From: Escherichia phage UP19
Sequence record: OX638288
Reading direction: 5' to 3' (one strand)
Length of the DNA: 64,000 bases
Shown here: piece after piece, positions 8,769 through 21,100 of the stretch
Numbering within the stretch: the stretch's first letter is position 1
How the letters are laid out: each line of letters starts with the position of its first letter
Program-made: the position numbers and the translations under genes
The notes under the pieces: model-generated
What the model saw: only the letters and a program-made list of their open reading frames with translations
The model's database searches: none
Told to the model about the DNA's origin: nothing

Positions 8769-9401
8769 ATGTCTAAAATTACTTATATCATCAAAGCTTC
8801 TGAAGACGTCCTGAATGAAAAAACGGCTTCTATCTTAGTACATATCATCAAACACAACTTCATCACTTCAGGCGAAGTCCGTGAAGCCCTGAGTGAGCAA
8901 TTTAGTGCTGCGGTAGTTAATTCTAACATCGGTGTATTGATTAAGAAAGGATTCATCGAAAAATCCGGTGATGGACTGGTGGCTACAGGTGAAGCAATGG
9001 ACCTAGTTCAAAAAGCTGCTGACCTGTTCGCTTCCGAAAATGCTCCAGAGATGTTGGAAAAACGTAAAACTCGCAGTTCACGCGGTGTTACTCCTGAAAT
9101 GGTGGTACTGGCTGATGAAGTTAAATCTTTGTTAGAAGACCGTATCGAGATTCGTGAAATCGCTGAAAACCGTAGCAATCTTGAAGTTCGATTCGCTAAA
9201 CGTACCAACGGTATTCGTCAAATCGAAGTCCGTCGTGACGGAATGATGCGTATCTTCGGTTATAATATGACCGATAAAGAAAAACAAGTGTTTACTTCTT
9301 TGAATCTTGATGTTAAGATTAAGACTGGTGGTAAGAATACTTATATTGACTTCCAAAACGTATCATCTGAAGTTATCAAAACCGTAACCAACGCAATTTA
9401 A
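8769..9401 (+). CDS. motA: MotA middle-promoter transcription activator
   Basis: 210 aa (T4 MotA 211 aa); N-terminus MSKITYIIKAS...VNSNIGVLIKKG...KSGDGL matches recalled T4 MotA. Confidence 0.9.
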   Translation: MSKITYIIKASEDVLNEKTASILVHIIKHNFITSGEVREALSEQFSAAVVNSNIGVLIKKGFIEKSGDGLVATGEAMDLVQKAADLFASENAPEMLEKRKTRSSRGVTPEMVVLADEVKSLLEDRIEIREIAENRSNLEVRFAKRTNGIRQIEVRRDGMMRIFGYNMTDKEKQVFTSLNLDVKIKTGGKNTYIDFQNVSSEVIKTVTNAI

Positions 9402-9419
9402 CTGGCTGAGGAAATTATT

Positions 9420-9749
9420 ATGAACAAGCTGAATATTGTTAATGAACTTCGTCGTTGTGCAGAACCTACTCAAGAAGGTTGGGATATTTGGTACCATGGC
9501 GCTTATCTTGGAACTATTGTTAAGATTAAAGCAGGTAAATACTTAATCATCCGTGGTGGTTCTGAAGCTTCTATGGGAATTCGTAAGAACTTTATGGCAG
9601 CCATCAGCACCTTTGTTCCGGCCGCTTATGAAGTCTATAAAGCGGACTACAAAGAATACCAGGAATCACAACCAGTTATTCGTTCAATTGGTGTTAATAA
9701 AGCTCAACAGAAAACTTTATGGCAACGTGTTAAAGGATGGTTCAAATGA
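9420..9749 (+). CDS. hypothetical protein
   Basis: 109 aa ORF. Confidence 0.5.
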   Translation: MNKLNIVNELRRCAEPTQEGWDIWYHGAYLGTIVKIKAGKYLIIRGGSEASMGIRKNFMAAISTFVPAAYEVYKADYKEYQESQPVIRSIGVNKAQQKTLWQRVKGWFK

Positions 9750-10084
9750 TTCCGATGGAACTTAACTGGGACGGCGAAGGTCATTCCCTTAAATTGATTG
9801 AAGAACAGCGTAATGATTGGGACGAACGTGTAGCTTTGGTAAATGGTATTAAGAAAATTTACCAACTCAATCTCCAGATTGACAATGTTCATCTTGAATT
9901 TGGTATGCAGTTATTGCGGTTTCTTGAGATTATTTTTATAGAAAAAGTAAACATAACTTCGCATGGCGTGGCCCAAACAGTTGATATTAAATTATCATCC
10001 TATTATAAAGGTGATTTAATTGAAACTGCCGCCAAAATTCAAGAATTTGCTAAAGATAACGGTCATAAGGTGATTTTCAAATGA
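9746..10084 (+). CDS. hypothetical protein
   Basis: ATGA-coupled start; ORF track 9737..10084. Confidence 0.5.
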   Translation: MIPMELNWDGEGHSLKLIEEQRNDWDERVALVNGIKKIYQLNLQIDNVHLEFGMQLLRFLEIIFIEKVNITSHGVAQTVDIKLSSYYKGDLIETAAKIQEFAKDNGHKVIFK

Positions 10085-10569
10085 ATCCATTAAAAGCTAA
10101 AGAATTATCTTTTAAAGCCCAAATGGCTTTATTGGATAAAGCTCTTTCTCGTGAGACGCCTAAAAGTCTTGCTGCTAAATTACAGGCCTATGGCGATTAC
10201 ACTGAATATTCGGAAGAGGATGTTTTGAATGAAGTCCCGGAAATCTGTTGGCAGATTGCGCATTGGAATAACAATGAAAAATACCAACGTCGAATTGTAT
10301 GTGCTGCCAATCGCTTTAAGTTAAAAGACGGTGGGACTCTAGTTATTCCAGGAGCTCGTCATTATTCTAAAGATATGGCAGAAGTGCTTGACCAAGTAAG
10401 TGATAAACTTGTGTCAGAGCATGTTTGCGGCGATGACCAAGGATTTATCGACCAATACTCAAATTATTGGACTCGCGAAGAAGCAATGATTATTGCAACA
10501 TATGCTAATCAAGTTCGTATTGAACGTGGTGGTAGTGAAAAAGAACTTTACTCTGAGGACCTTTACTAA
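10081..10569 (+). CDS. hypothetical protein
   Basis: 162 aa ORF, coupled to neighbours. Confidence 0.5.
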   Translation: MNPLKAKELSFKAQMALLDKALSRETPKSLAAKLQAYGDYTEYSEEDVLNEVPEICWQIAHWNNNEKYQRRIVCAANRFKLKDGGTLVIPGARHYSKDMAEVLDQVSDKLVSEHVCGDDQGFIDQYSNYWTREEAMIIATYANQVRIERGGSEKELYSEDLY

Positions 10570-10850
10570 TGAATCTTAAACAACTCCAGATTGATGCAAT
10601 CGAAGCCCATATCAACCACATTAAACGTCTGAATGTTATGGTTGAAGACAACTGGGGAACTTATGTCAACCAGCCGGCTTGGGATGCATTAGACCATGAA
10701 TATATAAAGAATATTAGTTCTAAGACAATTCATGGGAATATGGAAGGGTTGAAGCCGTTCCTACGTGATATGTATATTGCAACTAATAAAGAAATTATCA
10801 GTTCTCTTGAATATCAATTAAGGAAATTACGTGAACAATCTTGTAGCTAA
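10569..10850 (+). CDS. hypothetical protein (T4 arn position; identity not confirmed)
   Basis: 93 aa; position between motA and asiA. Confidence 0.4.
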   Translation: MNLKQLQIDAIEAHINHIKRLNVMVEDNWGTYVNQPAWDALDHEYIKNISSKTIHGNMEGLKPFLRDMYIATNKEIISSLEYQLRKLREQSCS

Positions 10851-11153
10851 GCACGATTTCAATAAGGCTTCGGTCCATAAGGACAAGAAGAAAAATTTTA
10901 AAGAGTCCAAGCGTAAGCAGAAACATAAGGGTAAAGGGTATGAGTCATAACTTAGAGAATACCGTAACAGGTATGCGTACTCGTGAGCAGGAGTGCTTTG
11001 AGGAATTCCTAGGAGCTGATTTTAAGTTCCAGGAACCTATTGAAGAAATGTATCAGGAATATGTTAAAAAGAACGAAGAACATGTTTACAATCCATAAGG
11101 ATATGTTATTATAGCCTTATCAGATAATGTCGTACTGAATTGAAGAGAATATT

Positions 11154-11429
11154 ATGACTAAAATTGAAATCGTTTCCGAAATTGCTACTATTGCTTCCAT
11201 TTTGATTAAAACGGATTGTGAAGACATCATGCAACGCCGTGATGAGTTTATTGCCTTTTTGAATGAGTTGGGTATTCGTAATGAACATGGAAAGGAACTT
11301 AACGGCCTATCTTTTAATAAACTCTTTAAGTCTTTAACTGAAGATGAACGTGATACTCTTATTGAGCAATTTAATGAAGGGTATGAAGATATACACCGTT
11401 ATCTAATGATGTATACCTCCAATTTTTAA
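11154..11429 (+). CDS. asiA: AsiA anti-sigma-70 factor
   Basis: 91 aa; ...IASILIK...FIAFLNE...LIEQFNEGYEDIHRYLMMYT matches recalled T4 AsiA. Confidence 0.9.
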   Translation: MTKIEIVSEIATIASILIKTDCEDIMQRRDEFIAFLNELGIRNEHGKELNGLSFNKLFKSLTEDERDTLIEQFNEGYEDIHRYLMMYTSNF

Positions 11430-12079
11430 CGAGTTCGACCTAATGTCCTCCCGGCCTGACCACACATAGACGAAAGTCTAGGAAATCCTAAATCCGGTTT
11501 GATGTCATACCAGTATAATGATATCGAGCCGGCATAGATGTTATCCAAATTAAAAAACGGGCATGAAAACATATACGTGAATTGGGTTTTCTTCTTTGTA
11601 GGAAGGAACACACTTTCTGTACTTGATTCAAAATAGTTCCCGTTAACTCCAGCCATATATTCTACCGACGTTTTGTCAATCGGAAATCCTCCCGTATTTT
11701 TTGCGTCTACCGTTTCCGGTAATTTACCCTCATAAGCTACCATATCCACAAAATAATTCATGTTGGTCGGCCTAAAAGAATATATTGCTGTGAAGTCTGC
11801 GCCTGAAGAAGAATGCACTATTCGGAGCTGCTCGATAGCCGCAATTTTAAATCTATTGTCCTGGTCTTGTCTAATCATTTCAGTATAAGAGGCATAAGTT
11901 GTCTCTTTATAAAAGTTTAGAATATGCTCGCCTTTATACCAAACTAATGCCATAAAGAACAATAATATTACGACTAGGACCCGGGAAAAAACTACTTTCC
12001 CGGAAGAAGTATCTTTAAAAATTCTATCAAGAAGTCCAAAAAGTAGGTCCGATAATGAAAATCCTACTTTTGGTTCCAT
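11426..12079 (-). CDS. t: holin T
   Basis: 217 aa (T4 holin 218 aa); N-terminal TM region plus large periplasmic domain; ...NLDNIYAG...YWY... Confidence 0.9.
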   Translation of the reverse strand: MEPKVGFSLSDLLFGLLDRIFKDTSSGKVVFSRVLVVILLFFMALVWYKGEHILNFYKETTYASYTEMIRQDQDNRFKIAAIEQLRIVHSSSGADFTAIYSFRPTNMNYFVDMVAYEGKLPETVDAKNTGGFPIDKTSVEYMAGVNGNYFESSTESVFLPTKKKTQFTYMFSCPFFNLDNIYAGSISLYWYDIKPDLGFPRLSSMCGQAGRTLGRTR

Positions 12080-12097
12080 ACTTTTCTCCTTTAAAGA

Positions 12098-12105
12098 TAT
12101 TTATA
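12098..12105 (-). promoter_or_regulatory. T4-type late promoter (TATAAATA) for t
   Basis: reverse complement of TATTTATA reads TATAAATA about 20 nt upstream of the AAGGAGA ribosome-binding site and ATG. Confidence 0.6.
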
Positions 12106-12121
12106 ATTTAATACTTTCGTA

Positions 12122-12898
12122 TTATAACCAAGAGCCATAGATAGTGCCTGTCGCGCCCCATGAAGGACTATTACCACTTACAGCAGGCCCTGCAGCTCCA
12201 GGTGGAGACATGGATACACGGCGTCCATAACCCCAGCCGCCTGCAGCGCCTGCGTCACCACCCCAACCGCCACCAAACTGTCCGCCGGCATCCCCGGGAC
12301 CACCAGCCCCAGCATAACTAGCGTTACCGCCAGGTCTATAACTAGTTGCACCACCTAACCCGAATGGTCTGCCACCGCCACCGCCGCAGGTTGAGCCAGA
12401 AGGATAGCTATTTTGCAATGATGTAGCACCGCCACCACCGCCACCACCACAGATAACACCATAGTTCCATATGCGTAAACGCCCACCAATTTCATTATAA
12501 ATTGCTGTACCGCCTTGTTGGCCTCCACCGCCATTGGTTGCGCCATTACCACCGCGTCCCCACATATGAACCCCGCCATGAATATTCAAAGTAACATATT
12601 CGTTAGGGATGTCACTATTCATAAAGAACAATGGAAGGTCTCTAGTATAAGATACTAAATCGCCGGTGATATTAAACACAATAGGTGCAGCGCCGGCTTC
12701 AAAACAACGGTCTCTAAACCAATACCCATTGAAGTTGTGGTCTGCTCCAAGTGTGTGAATTATTTCAACAGACCGACCTACCATATTACTCATCCAAAAC
12801 GGAGCACCCATTCTCAATCGTTGGGCAGCGCCGCCCATCCAATTTTGTCCCGTATTAGCTAATGCAGAAGTTCCTATCCACGGTCCTGCTACTGCCAT
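12122..12898 (-). CDS. 38: gp38 long tail fibre adhesin, T2-type with glycine-rich motifs
   Basis: poly-Gly segments ([22 protein letters not shown]); N-terminus MAVAGPWIG like T2 gp38; start moved to ATG with GGAGG ribosome-binding site (ORF track 12122..12910 starts at TTG). Confidence 0.85.
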   Translation of the reverse strand: MAVAGPWIGTSALANTGQNWMGGAAQRLRMGAPFWMSNMVGRSVEIIHTLGADHNFNGYWFRDRCFEAGAAPIVFNITGDLVSYTRDLPLFFMNSDIPNEYVTLNIHGGVHMWGRGGNGATNGGGGQQGGTAIYNEIGGRLRIWNYGVICGGGGGGGATSLQNSYPSGSTCGGGGGRPFGLGGATSYRPGGNASYAGAGGPGDAGGQFGGGWGGDAGAAGGWGYGRRVSMSPPGAAGPAVSGNSPSWGATGTIYGSWL

Positions 12899-12930
12899 AT
12901 AAACCTCCAAGGGGCCGGAAGCCCCTCTTA

Positions 12931-15900
12931 TTATTTTAACAATGATTTAACTAAAGCTTTAAGTTCTTCAATCTCTGATTTCAATTCTGCTATTTCGGCA
13001 GTGTGCTCATTGATTGCAGCTGTATTTAAACCAATTACACCGTTATAGTTCAAACGAAGTAAAGCTTCACCATCAGGGTCACCTTCAACCAATTCAGGTA
13101 AAATAGCTTGAACTTCTTGAGCAATTAAACCGGCGTTAGGTTCCCATTTCTGATTACCTTCTTCATCTAGGCCTCGCTTCTGCATATAAGTGTAACCGTT
13201 AATTTTGGAAAGCTTCTCAGAAGCATTTTCAAATTTAACAAGGTCTTTTTTAACGCGAATATCAGAACGGACATAAACATCACGGACAAACGTTGAATAG
13301 TTATCATTTGCCTGAACGAGATGCCCATGAGAAACGATAGCTCTTCCAACTTCCGACCAAAAAGCCCCGGATGAATCCCAAAGCCCAGGATGAGATTGAT
13401 AGCCTGACCCCCAGCTTGCAATATGCACACCATTGGCAACCATGTTAATTCGGCCATCACCGCCATGGGTTAAACCAGTATCATTATCACCGATGGCGAT
13501 AGATGCTCCACCCCATATAGGAATTGTACCTACGCCTAGGTTTACGCTGGCACGTAAACCAGCAGGTGCAACAAAATCACCATTAGACTGAAATACAAAT
13601 ATTGCATTAGGATGGCTTGCATCGCCGCTTTCAGCAGAACCCACACGAATAACAGCAGAACCCCAGGTAGCCGCTCCACCCAATCTAATAATACCGAAGT
13701 CTGCTTTAGTAGAATATCCGTCAGTAACTAGAGTGCTTTTTCCTTTGATAATTGGCATATAACTATCTTTAGGAACGGATTCACCAAAGTCAACGAAATA
13801 AGGAGCTTCTGTTTGCCATTGATTTCCGTAACCATGACCTTGAGTATTAACCCATGCTCGACCGTTAACATACATGCGATAATAATTCATCTGCATTGCT
13901 AAGCCAGTACCGGAAAGTTCTACGTTGAAAGCCCCATCATTAGTGATGTACATACCCGAGTTGGTAGCATAACTGTAAAGAGCTATCCCGTTATCATCGC
14001 CACCTTTACCGACATACCAGTTGCTGGTACCATTTACATCGGAACGGATATGCGAGCTATTACCTGTGGTTGTTTTTAATACTAATGCATCACCAGGAGC
14101 TTCGATAGTCAGCTTACCTGTCATTGTGTCCCCGCCTTTACCAACACGAGTACTCACCGCTGCATCAAGGTTAGTAGCACCACTATACTTGTTCCAAATA
14201 GAACCTGCAATATTACCATCAGTATTCATGAAAGCTGTACCGGCATATAAGCGGTTCAGAGCTATGAAGTTACCATCTTTGGTAAAGCGCCAATATTTTA
14301 ATCCTGTAACATCGCCATCACCATGCAAATCACCTTGAGCAACAATTCGGTATTCGCTCGTAGCGCGGTCCATACCTTGAGTAACAGTTACATTCGAATC
14401 GATATTTTTCTGCTTAGTAATAGGATAAAATGCTTGGGTTGCAGCATCGAGTGCTTGATACAACGGAGCTTTAGTCGTATTCTGGTTGGCATAAGATGCG
14501 CCGTTACTATTAGGGAATTCCAATGCACCATTACCCCTAAAATAAACCTGGTCTGCTTCTAAGTTAGGGATTTTAACCCGGCCCGTGTCTAACATAATAC
14601 TTAATGGGCGTAATGGGCCTAATCCGCCACTTTCGCCGGCATTAACATTGGTTGGGATAATATGCAGCTGGTCTTCTGAATTTCGGAAAATAACACCATA
14701 TTTATCATTCCAAATACGAAGACCACTAGCAGCGCGGACTTTAATTTCATTGGAAACATACAGATTGCGTTTTAAGGATGTATCTTGACTGACAGACAAT
14801 CCTTCGACGATGTTCATCGTGCCGTTTAAATAAGATTCGACTTTACCTGCTGTGGTTCGTTGAATATAGTGCATCCAGCCTGTAGCATCAGATGTTTCCA
14901 ATACGTTTTTACGAGAACCACCTACCGTATTAAAAGTGTCACCCCAACCTTTGAGCTCTATATTATCAACTGAACTATATCCTGAGGTACTTCCTTTAAA
15001 AAGCACAGTGGAAGCGTTACCACGACCGTCAATATTAACCGAACCACCACGGACTTCAACGTTACCAGGAGTAACCAACAACCCACCATCAGTGTTAACG
15101 TTTGTTACACCTTTACCACGGAAATAATGGTGGTATTTACCACTCTGATGATAACCTAAAAGAGTCTGTCCATCACCAAAGCCGTTTTTATCATTAGTAG
15201 TATTAACAATAACTAATGGATAGTTTTGGGTTGTAGGGAGAATTAAATCAGAACCGTTGGTTGAATAACCCGCAACTAACTGTTTAAGGCTTGTAACTTC
15301 AGTAGGAGTTGTAAGTAAAGTATAAGCCCCATTATTAACTGTATGGAACTGGCCGTCTTGTCTCCATTTCAAACCTGTGTTATTGTCGCCAAGTGCGATA
15401 GCAGACGGGCCTAATGTTGAGTATCCTGAGCTATCCCCAGGTAGGCCAACGGAAAGAGAATTTGATGTTTTGACATCTCCATCTGCGTTAAATGACCAAA
15501 GATACTTAGCTGTTCCGGCTGTAGAAATAGAATGCCATGAAATACCATTTACATTATTAAGTTCACGATACCTAATTCCATCGACAGCGTGTCTACTTAT
15601 TCTAAGATAGTTAATAGATGTTGCGCTTGAACTTGCAGGATTATTATTTGCCAATGAAGATATATCATAATCAAGAGCTGATTTATTACCAGTATCAACT
15701 GTATTAGTATAAATTACTGGAGATTTCACCGATGTTCCGCTGGAAATAGACGGAGCATAAAATAAACCGTCGCCGTTGAATGCAAAAATATTAGATGTTG
15801 AATTAGTATAATCCTGGACACGAACGTTCAAGATTTGCTTGGTATTTCCTGGGCGTGATTGTGAATAAATTATGCCTCTTTCACGCGCATCAGCCAAATC

Positions 15901-16272
15901 CTGGAATCGAACGTGGGCGGTTCCTGCACCCCGTACAAGAACTTCACCATTATCTGTCATTAGGCGAGATTTTGCTGTGATATCACCATTTGCTGTTATA
16001 TTTCCGGATGCTACATAACTACCTGTTTGGGTAAAGGTACCCTTTAGGGCGTAATCGCCGGTTTGATTGTAATTACCGTTATGAATAACATTACCATCGA
16101 TATTACCACCTTTGGCAAAACCAAGGTCGATGATGGCGCCGGTGTCATCTTTAGTAAAAAGTAAGCGGTCTTTCAGGTTGATAGCCAGCTCACCTTCAGC
16201 AAGAACTGTTGGCGCCGGACGAACGCCGGCAACCTTACTTCTTTTAAATTGTATTTGTTTTAAAGTAGCCAT
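12931..16272 (-). CDS. 37: gp37 long tail fibre distal subunit with C-terminal intramolecular chaperone-like domain
   Basis: 1113 aa; position between gp36 and gp38; C-terminal ~110 aa resemble endosialidase/S74-type chaperone domain (...[15 protein letters not shown]...). Confidence 0.85.
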   Translation of the reverse strand: MATLKQIQFKRSKVAGVRPAPTVLAEGELAINLKDRLLFTKDDTGAIIDLGFAKGGNIDGNVIHNGNYNQTGDYALKGTFTQTGSYVASGNITANGDITAKSRLMTDNGEVLVRGAGTAHVRFQDLADARERGIIYSQSRPGNTKQILNVRVQDYTNSTSNIFAFNGDGLFYAPSISSGTSVKSPVIYTNTVDTGNKSALDYDISSLANNNPASSSATSINYLRISRHAVDGIRYRELNNVNGISWHSISTAGTAKYLWSFNADGDVKTSNSLSVGLPGDSSGYSTLGPSAIALGDNNTGLKWRQDGQFHTVNNGAYTLLTTPTEVTSLKQLVAGYSTNGSDLILPTTQNYPLVIVNTTNDKNGFGDGQTLLGYHQSGKYHHYFRGKGVTNVNTDGGLLVTPGNVEVRGGSVNIDGRGNASTVLFKGSTSGYSSVDNIELKGWGDTFNTVGGSRKNVLETSDATGWMHYIQRTTAGKVESYLNGTMNIVEGLSVSQDTSLKRNLYVSNEIKVRAASGLRIWNDKYGVIFRNSEDQLHIIPTNVNAGESGGLGPLRPLSIMLDTGRVKIPNLEADQVYFRGNGALEFPNSNGASYANQNTTKAPLYQALDAATQAFYPITKQKNIDSNVTVTQGMDRATSEYRIVAQGDLHGDGDVTGLKYWRFTKDGNFIALNRLYAGTAFMNTDGNIAGSIWNKYSGATNLDAAVSTRVGKGGDTMTGKLTIEAPGDALVLKTTTGNSSHIRSDVNGTSNWYVGKGGDDNGIALYSYATNSGMYITNDGAFNVELSGTGLAMQMNYYRMYVNGRAWVNTQGHGYGNQWQTEAPYFVDFGESVPKDSYMPIIKGKSTLVTDGYSTKADFGIIRLGGAATWGSAVIRVGSAESGDASHPNAIFVFQSNGDFVAPAGLRASVNLGVGTIPIWGGASIAIGDNDTGLTHGGDGRINMVANGVHIASWGSGYQSHPGLWDSSGAFWSEVGRAIVSHGHLVQANDNYSTFVRDVYVRSDIRVKKDLVKFENASEKLSKINGYTYMQKRGLDEEGNQKWEPNAGLIAQEVQAILPELVEGDPDGEALLRLNYNGVIGLNTAAINEHTAEIAELKSEIEELKALVKSLLK

Positions 16273-16280
16273 AATGCCTC

Positions 16281-16928
16281 TTAATAATAACCAAAATCTT
16301 GGATAGAATCTTTAATAACAATCTGGTCGAAACGCGGAACATGTCCTGCGTCAGAGGCCGGATTTAATGAAATGAAGTTAGGAGCAGCAAGTACCCCAGT
16401 CATTGTTTGCATATTAGTATTATTTATTTGGACCTGTTTTGCGTTATCTACTAATGACAATCCAACTTGGGCTTTAGTAGGGGTGTTGCCTGGGCTGAAT
16501 ACTCGGCCTGATTCATCATATACTTGACGGAATAATGAATCGCCCATTACGGTAAGACGTTTAGCACCAACTGTTGTATTTGGGTCAAATATCACAAACG
16601 GAGTACCATCTTCCGTTTCATATCCAAAAGCACCTTTAATACGGAAAGAAGCTGTGAACGGGGCTCCGCCGGTTCTTGCTCCTAATTTAATACCGTATCC
16701 ATTAGTATCATTAAAGGTCAAACCTTTTTCAAAATACACGTTGTTCTGATAATTACCACCGTTGGCTTTTGAAACGAAATCGTTATCAACTGCTTGAGGT
16801 TTATTGTACTCGGTGTAAACTTTATATGTTTTGTAAAGAAGGTCATTTGATACAGGCGTTAAGGGGAAATTACCTTGGTGCCATAATACCGAACCTCCTG
16901 CTGTAGAACCTAATTTTAAATCTGCCAT
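16281..16928 (-). CDS. 36: gp36 long tail fibre hinge connector
   Basis: 215 aa (T4 gp36 221 aa); synteny. Confidence 0.8.
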   Translation of the reverse strand: MADLKLGSTAGGSVLWHQGNFPLTPVSNDLLYKTYKVYTEYNKPQAVDNDFVSKANGGNYQNNVYFEKGLTFNDTNGYGIKLGARTGGAPFTASFRIKGAFGYETEDGTPFVIFDPNTTVGAKRLTVMGDSLFRQVYDESGRVFSPGNTPTKAQVGLSLVDNAKQVQINNTNMQTMTGVLAAPNFISLNPASDAGHVPRFDQIVIKDSIQDFGYY

Positions 16929-16980
16929 TTGAGTTTCCTTTGGGAGTTATAGCCTTTTATATATTTATGGCTGTAGAAAA

Positions 16981-17004
16981 CGAAAAAGGAACCCGAAGGT
17001 TCCT
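16981..17004 (-). terminator. hairpin plus U-run on minus strand after gene 35
   Basis: minus strand reads GGAACC-TTCG-GGTTCC followed by TTTTT. Confidence 0.5.
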
Positions 17005-18122
17005 TAATATTTTTCTCTAAATTCAGACACCCAAACCTGTCCCGGTTTAGTACCTGTTTTATCGTATAACTGGGCTATGGTAGTACCCATATTCTTAGTT
17101 TCGGTACCGAAATTCATACGAATACCATTTACACCAAATTCGGCCGATTTAGGTTGAGATTCCGGCTCTGATACTTCCCCAAACATCACATTACGTACAC
17201 CGCCAACTCCATCGGCCACCGTTTTTCTTGCATACAATGTAAATGTTTCCGTATTAGCAGGAACTTCAATTACCCGCTCAAAAGTCATCCAAGACCCGGC
17301 AGGGACATTAGGTGGAACTTCCATATTAACCGACCCTGTTAAAGCACCTGAGGCATTAAAAAATCTAACAGACATTTGAGAAGTCCCTAAATCTTTTAAT
17401 TCCTGGTCACACATCATTTGGAATTTAAGGTAAAAGAATTCTCCTGGCTTCATATTATAATCAGCGCAAGGAGTAGTAGGAGATTCGGTTGGGAAACGTT
17501 TTATTTCCTCTCCATCATTACTTAGATAAGTGTTTTCATCTTCCACTATTCTTATAGGATACCCGGTCCCGCCTACATCACTGATATCGTCAAAAACGAC
17601 TTCTAATGGTGTAGAAACATCTTCAACAACCACCCCATCATTATAAAGGACATGTTCCATCACTATGGTATTTCTACCAGACACGTAAAAAGCTGAATAA
17701 GAAGTATCCACTTTATCAATGAGCCATTTATCCGGAAAGGCCGCAGACCCTGCAGCTCTAAACCAATCAATTAACACTTGCGAGGCGTTTAATTTGCCAG
17801 AAGAAATAAAGCAAACAATTCTCCCAGCGGGTATAGAAGAAATATAAGTTATAAATGCTTGAGAAATAACATCATGGTCTTTGGTAAAGGCATATGATTT
17901 TGTAGCCACTATTGTGTTATTTGTTGGGTCTATTTCAACCAAATTTAGCCCGGATTTGAAATCCTGAGGACCGAAGTCCTCATCTTGAAATTTAATATAA
18001 GCCTTTTTAGTAGACTTAGTACAGCTCCCTGCTATACTAAGTTTATAACTAACGGCATTATTTTCAGATAGTACAGGAATTTGAACGTAATCTTGTCCAA
18101 ATTCAGCCATAAATCTTTCCAT
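17004..18122 (-). CDS. 35: gp35 long tail fibre hinge
   Basis: 372 aa (T4 gp35 372 aa); synteny. Confidence 0.8.
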   Translation of the reverse strand: MERFMAEFGQDYVQIPVLSENNAVSYKLSIAGSCTKSTKKAYIKFQDEDFGPQDFKSGLNLVEIDPTNNTIVATKSYAFTKDHDVISQAFITYISSIPAGRIVCFISSGKLNASQVLIDWFRAAGSAAFPDKWLIDKVDTSYSAFYVSGRNTIVMEHVLYNDGVVVEDVSTPLEVVFDDISDVGGTGYPIRIVEDENTYLSNDGEEIKRFPTESPTTPCADYNMKPGEFFYLKFQMMCDQELKDLGTSQMSVRFFNASGALTGSVNMEVPPNVPAGSWMTFERVIEVPANTETFTLYARKTVADGVGGVRNVMFGEVSEPESQPKSAEFGVNGIRMNFGTETKNMGTTIAQLYDKTGTKPGQVWVSEFREKY

Positions 18123-18130
18123 ATTACCTC

Positions 18131-21100
18131 TTATGGTGTATCAATCCATTCGAATTTAACAGAACGAGTTACTGGGTCCGGAATTATGCGAACGTTACCA
18201 ATACGTAACCAATCACGAATGGTCAAGTTACTCATTGAAGCGTTGTCAGAAGGTAGTGCACCTATATCAGACGGTTGAGGTGGGTTACCGCCATCAAATA
18301 CCTGAACAAATCCAGACCAAGCATTTTTATTTTGTTGCCAAGTACGGGTCCAGCGAGTGGTGCTTCCGTCTGCAGTATTTGGATAGGTAATCCAATCCTG
18401 GTAAAGTGAATTCAGAGTGTTACCGAACTGAGTTAACGTACCAGGCGATTTAACTTCTTCACCACGAACCAAATACGGCAACCCTGTTACTTCGTTAATT
18501 TTTTCAACCATTTTAAAATAACCTGGGAATTGGTTATATGTAGCTGAATCATTAACGTCAACAGACCAAAAGCCAGTGTTATCTGCATCAGGTTTTCTAG
18601 AATAAAGGTCTGCAGGTTTAGTACCTTGAGAACGAATTCTTGAGTTAACAGTTAAACCACCGGAGTTAATAGTAGCTCCTTTAGCAATAATTAACCCTTC
18701 ACCAATTGTAACCTGACCGGATTGATTATTAATTGTTAATGGACGTAATGCATTAAATCCACCTGTTTGCTCACCTGCATGAGACAGCACAAAAAAGGTG
18801 TCATTACCAGCATTACGAATAATGAAACCGTAATTACCGTTAATAGCTCGGAAGGCGTTTGGACTATAAGATATGATTTCACCCTGTGCGGTCACCGAAC
18901 GACCGAATGTTGCAACACCATTCACATTCATTAACCCGGAAGCATTCACATTTATCGGCATTACAGTGCCATTAATGCTAAACGCTATATTACCATCTTT
19001 ATTGCGTTGAGAATAAAAATGGTTAGACGTTTCATCACCAACTTCAAACACGGTAGAACGACTCGTATCCGAACCGCCACCATACTGGTTACCCCATACA
19101 CGGATGCTCATTGACTGAACCGGGTTTGAACCGGATGCAGGACCTTTTTCGAAAATGATACTGGTCGGTAATCCTGTATTACGGATGGTAAATGTTCTAT
19201 TAGCAGCTAAAGAACCACCAAATTCACCGGTACCGCCTGTAGCCAACTGGCCATCCACTCTAATGTTTTTACGAAGGGTTAATGTTCCTTCAACTATTTG
19301 GTCGATATCTCTCCTGACGAACTGTGAGCTATCCAGGTTGTCCAATTTATCAGAGTCAAAAGCCTTACCTTTAATCGGAAGATAGTGAGTTAACGCCGTA
19401 TTCATTTGAAGAGGGGAAATAGCAAAGCCATCGTCTTCAAATTTAGCCAGGTTAGCAACAGAACCATTAGTATCGTCACCTTCCCAAGTGGCTGTACCTG
19501 TAGTTAATTTAACATATCCTCTACGGGCAGAAGTAGCTTCCCAGGATTTTTCCTGCTGGACGATATATTTGTAATGCTTAGGACTAAACGCTTTATTACT
19601 TACCGTACCACTAATAACTTCGGTCTGAGTAGCAAGCTGGATAATACCTTCAGCATTTTCGGTGGCCTTTTTAGCTTGAAGCTTAAGCGGAGTAATGATT
19701 GTTTTATCATCGGTTCCGGTATTAACTTCGGTTTGGGTAGCTAAACGAGCCGTACCACGTTGGGTATTACTTGCTTCACGGATATCTAGTGTATAATGGT
19801 TCCATAAGGTTCCTGATTCAACCAAACCACTGGCTGCTGAGACAGAAGTTCTAGCAGTATTATCAAATCTTGTTTTAATTTTCAACGGAGTTGAAATAAC
19901 ATTATCTAATACACCTGCATCAAATTCTACTTGAGTACCAATACGAGCAATACCAGTTAAAGTCTCTGTAGCCTTCCTATCATTTAACGTCTTAGGCGTT
20001 ACCGCACGAGTATAATCAGTTCCAGCATCAGTCTCTGCTTGCGTAGCAATTTCAATTAAACCATGATTAGTATCAGTAGAACGACGAGCACCTAATGTTT
20101 CAGGTGTGACAACCGAGTTACTAAAACCAGGGTTAGTAGCACCAGCATTAACTTCGGCTTGCGTAGCAAGATATACAGCACCTTGGTTATTTTGGTCAGC
20201 TTTATACTGGTCCAAAGCTTTAGGAGAAATAACTAAAGTAGTAGTGTTCTTATTATAAACGTTGGTACCTACAGTGTCCCTAGCAGTCGCAGGAGTGGTG
20301 TCCACCGTAGAGGTATATTTTACAATACCTGAAAGACTTTCAGTGCCCTGGCGCGTCTGTAGCTTCTTAGGAGTGATAATGGTTGTATCATCAACACCTG
20401 CATCAGTTTCCTGTTGCGTAGCAATTTCAGCTACACCACGACGAGTTTCGGTAGCAGTACGTTCGTTTAATTTCTTAGGAGAAATAATCAAATCGTCCTG
20501 GAAAGCGAAAGTTGTATTCTGGTTTACCTGAGCAGTTGTAGCAATACGAGCAATACCACGACGTGATTCAGTAGCTACACGATTGGCTAAAGTCTGCGGA
20601 GTAATTGCAAGTTCTTTTTCAGGATTATTTTCATGGTCGACGTTTGCCTGGGTCTGAGACGCAAGGGCAATAACACCAAGACGAGCACGAGTTAAATCAT
20701 CCTTAGAATCCACACGTTCTACAGTAGGAACGTTCTGAGCAACAACCCAATATTTACCGCCTGTAGTAGTGTCTTCGATATAGCTAAGTTCAATAACCGG
20801 AGTATAACTTAAGTTGCCGTTGAAGGTCAATACGTCATTCAGAACCCATTCAGTATCCGGTGGATATTCCGAACGTTTAGGGAACTGGAGCAATTGAACC
20901 GAAGAAGCAATTTTATCACCTAAAGCGGCCTTAATATTTACTGTCTGTGCTTTACGAAGATAGTTCAATGCGATTTTAATAGTATCGCCTTGTGCTACGC
21001 TAGTAGGTAAAGTGATGTTAATAGTTTGTGGAGTTGTGTTATTAGGACCAAAAACAATAATACTTTCGTTAGCCAAAAGTTCTACGTCATCACGAATAAC

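Noticed and set aside
12355-12579. 74-aa ORF on - strand in alternative frame
   Set aside because: Alternative frame of the glycine-rich gp38 gene; product of GC-rich repeat codons, not an independent gene.
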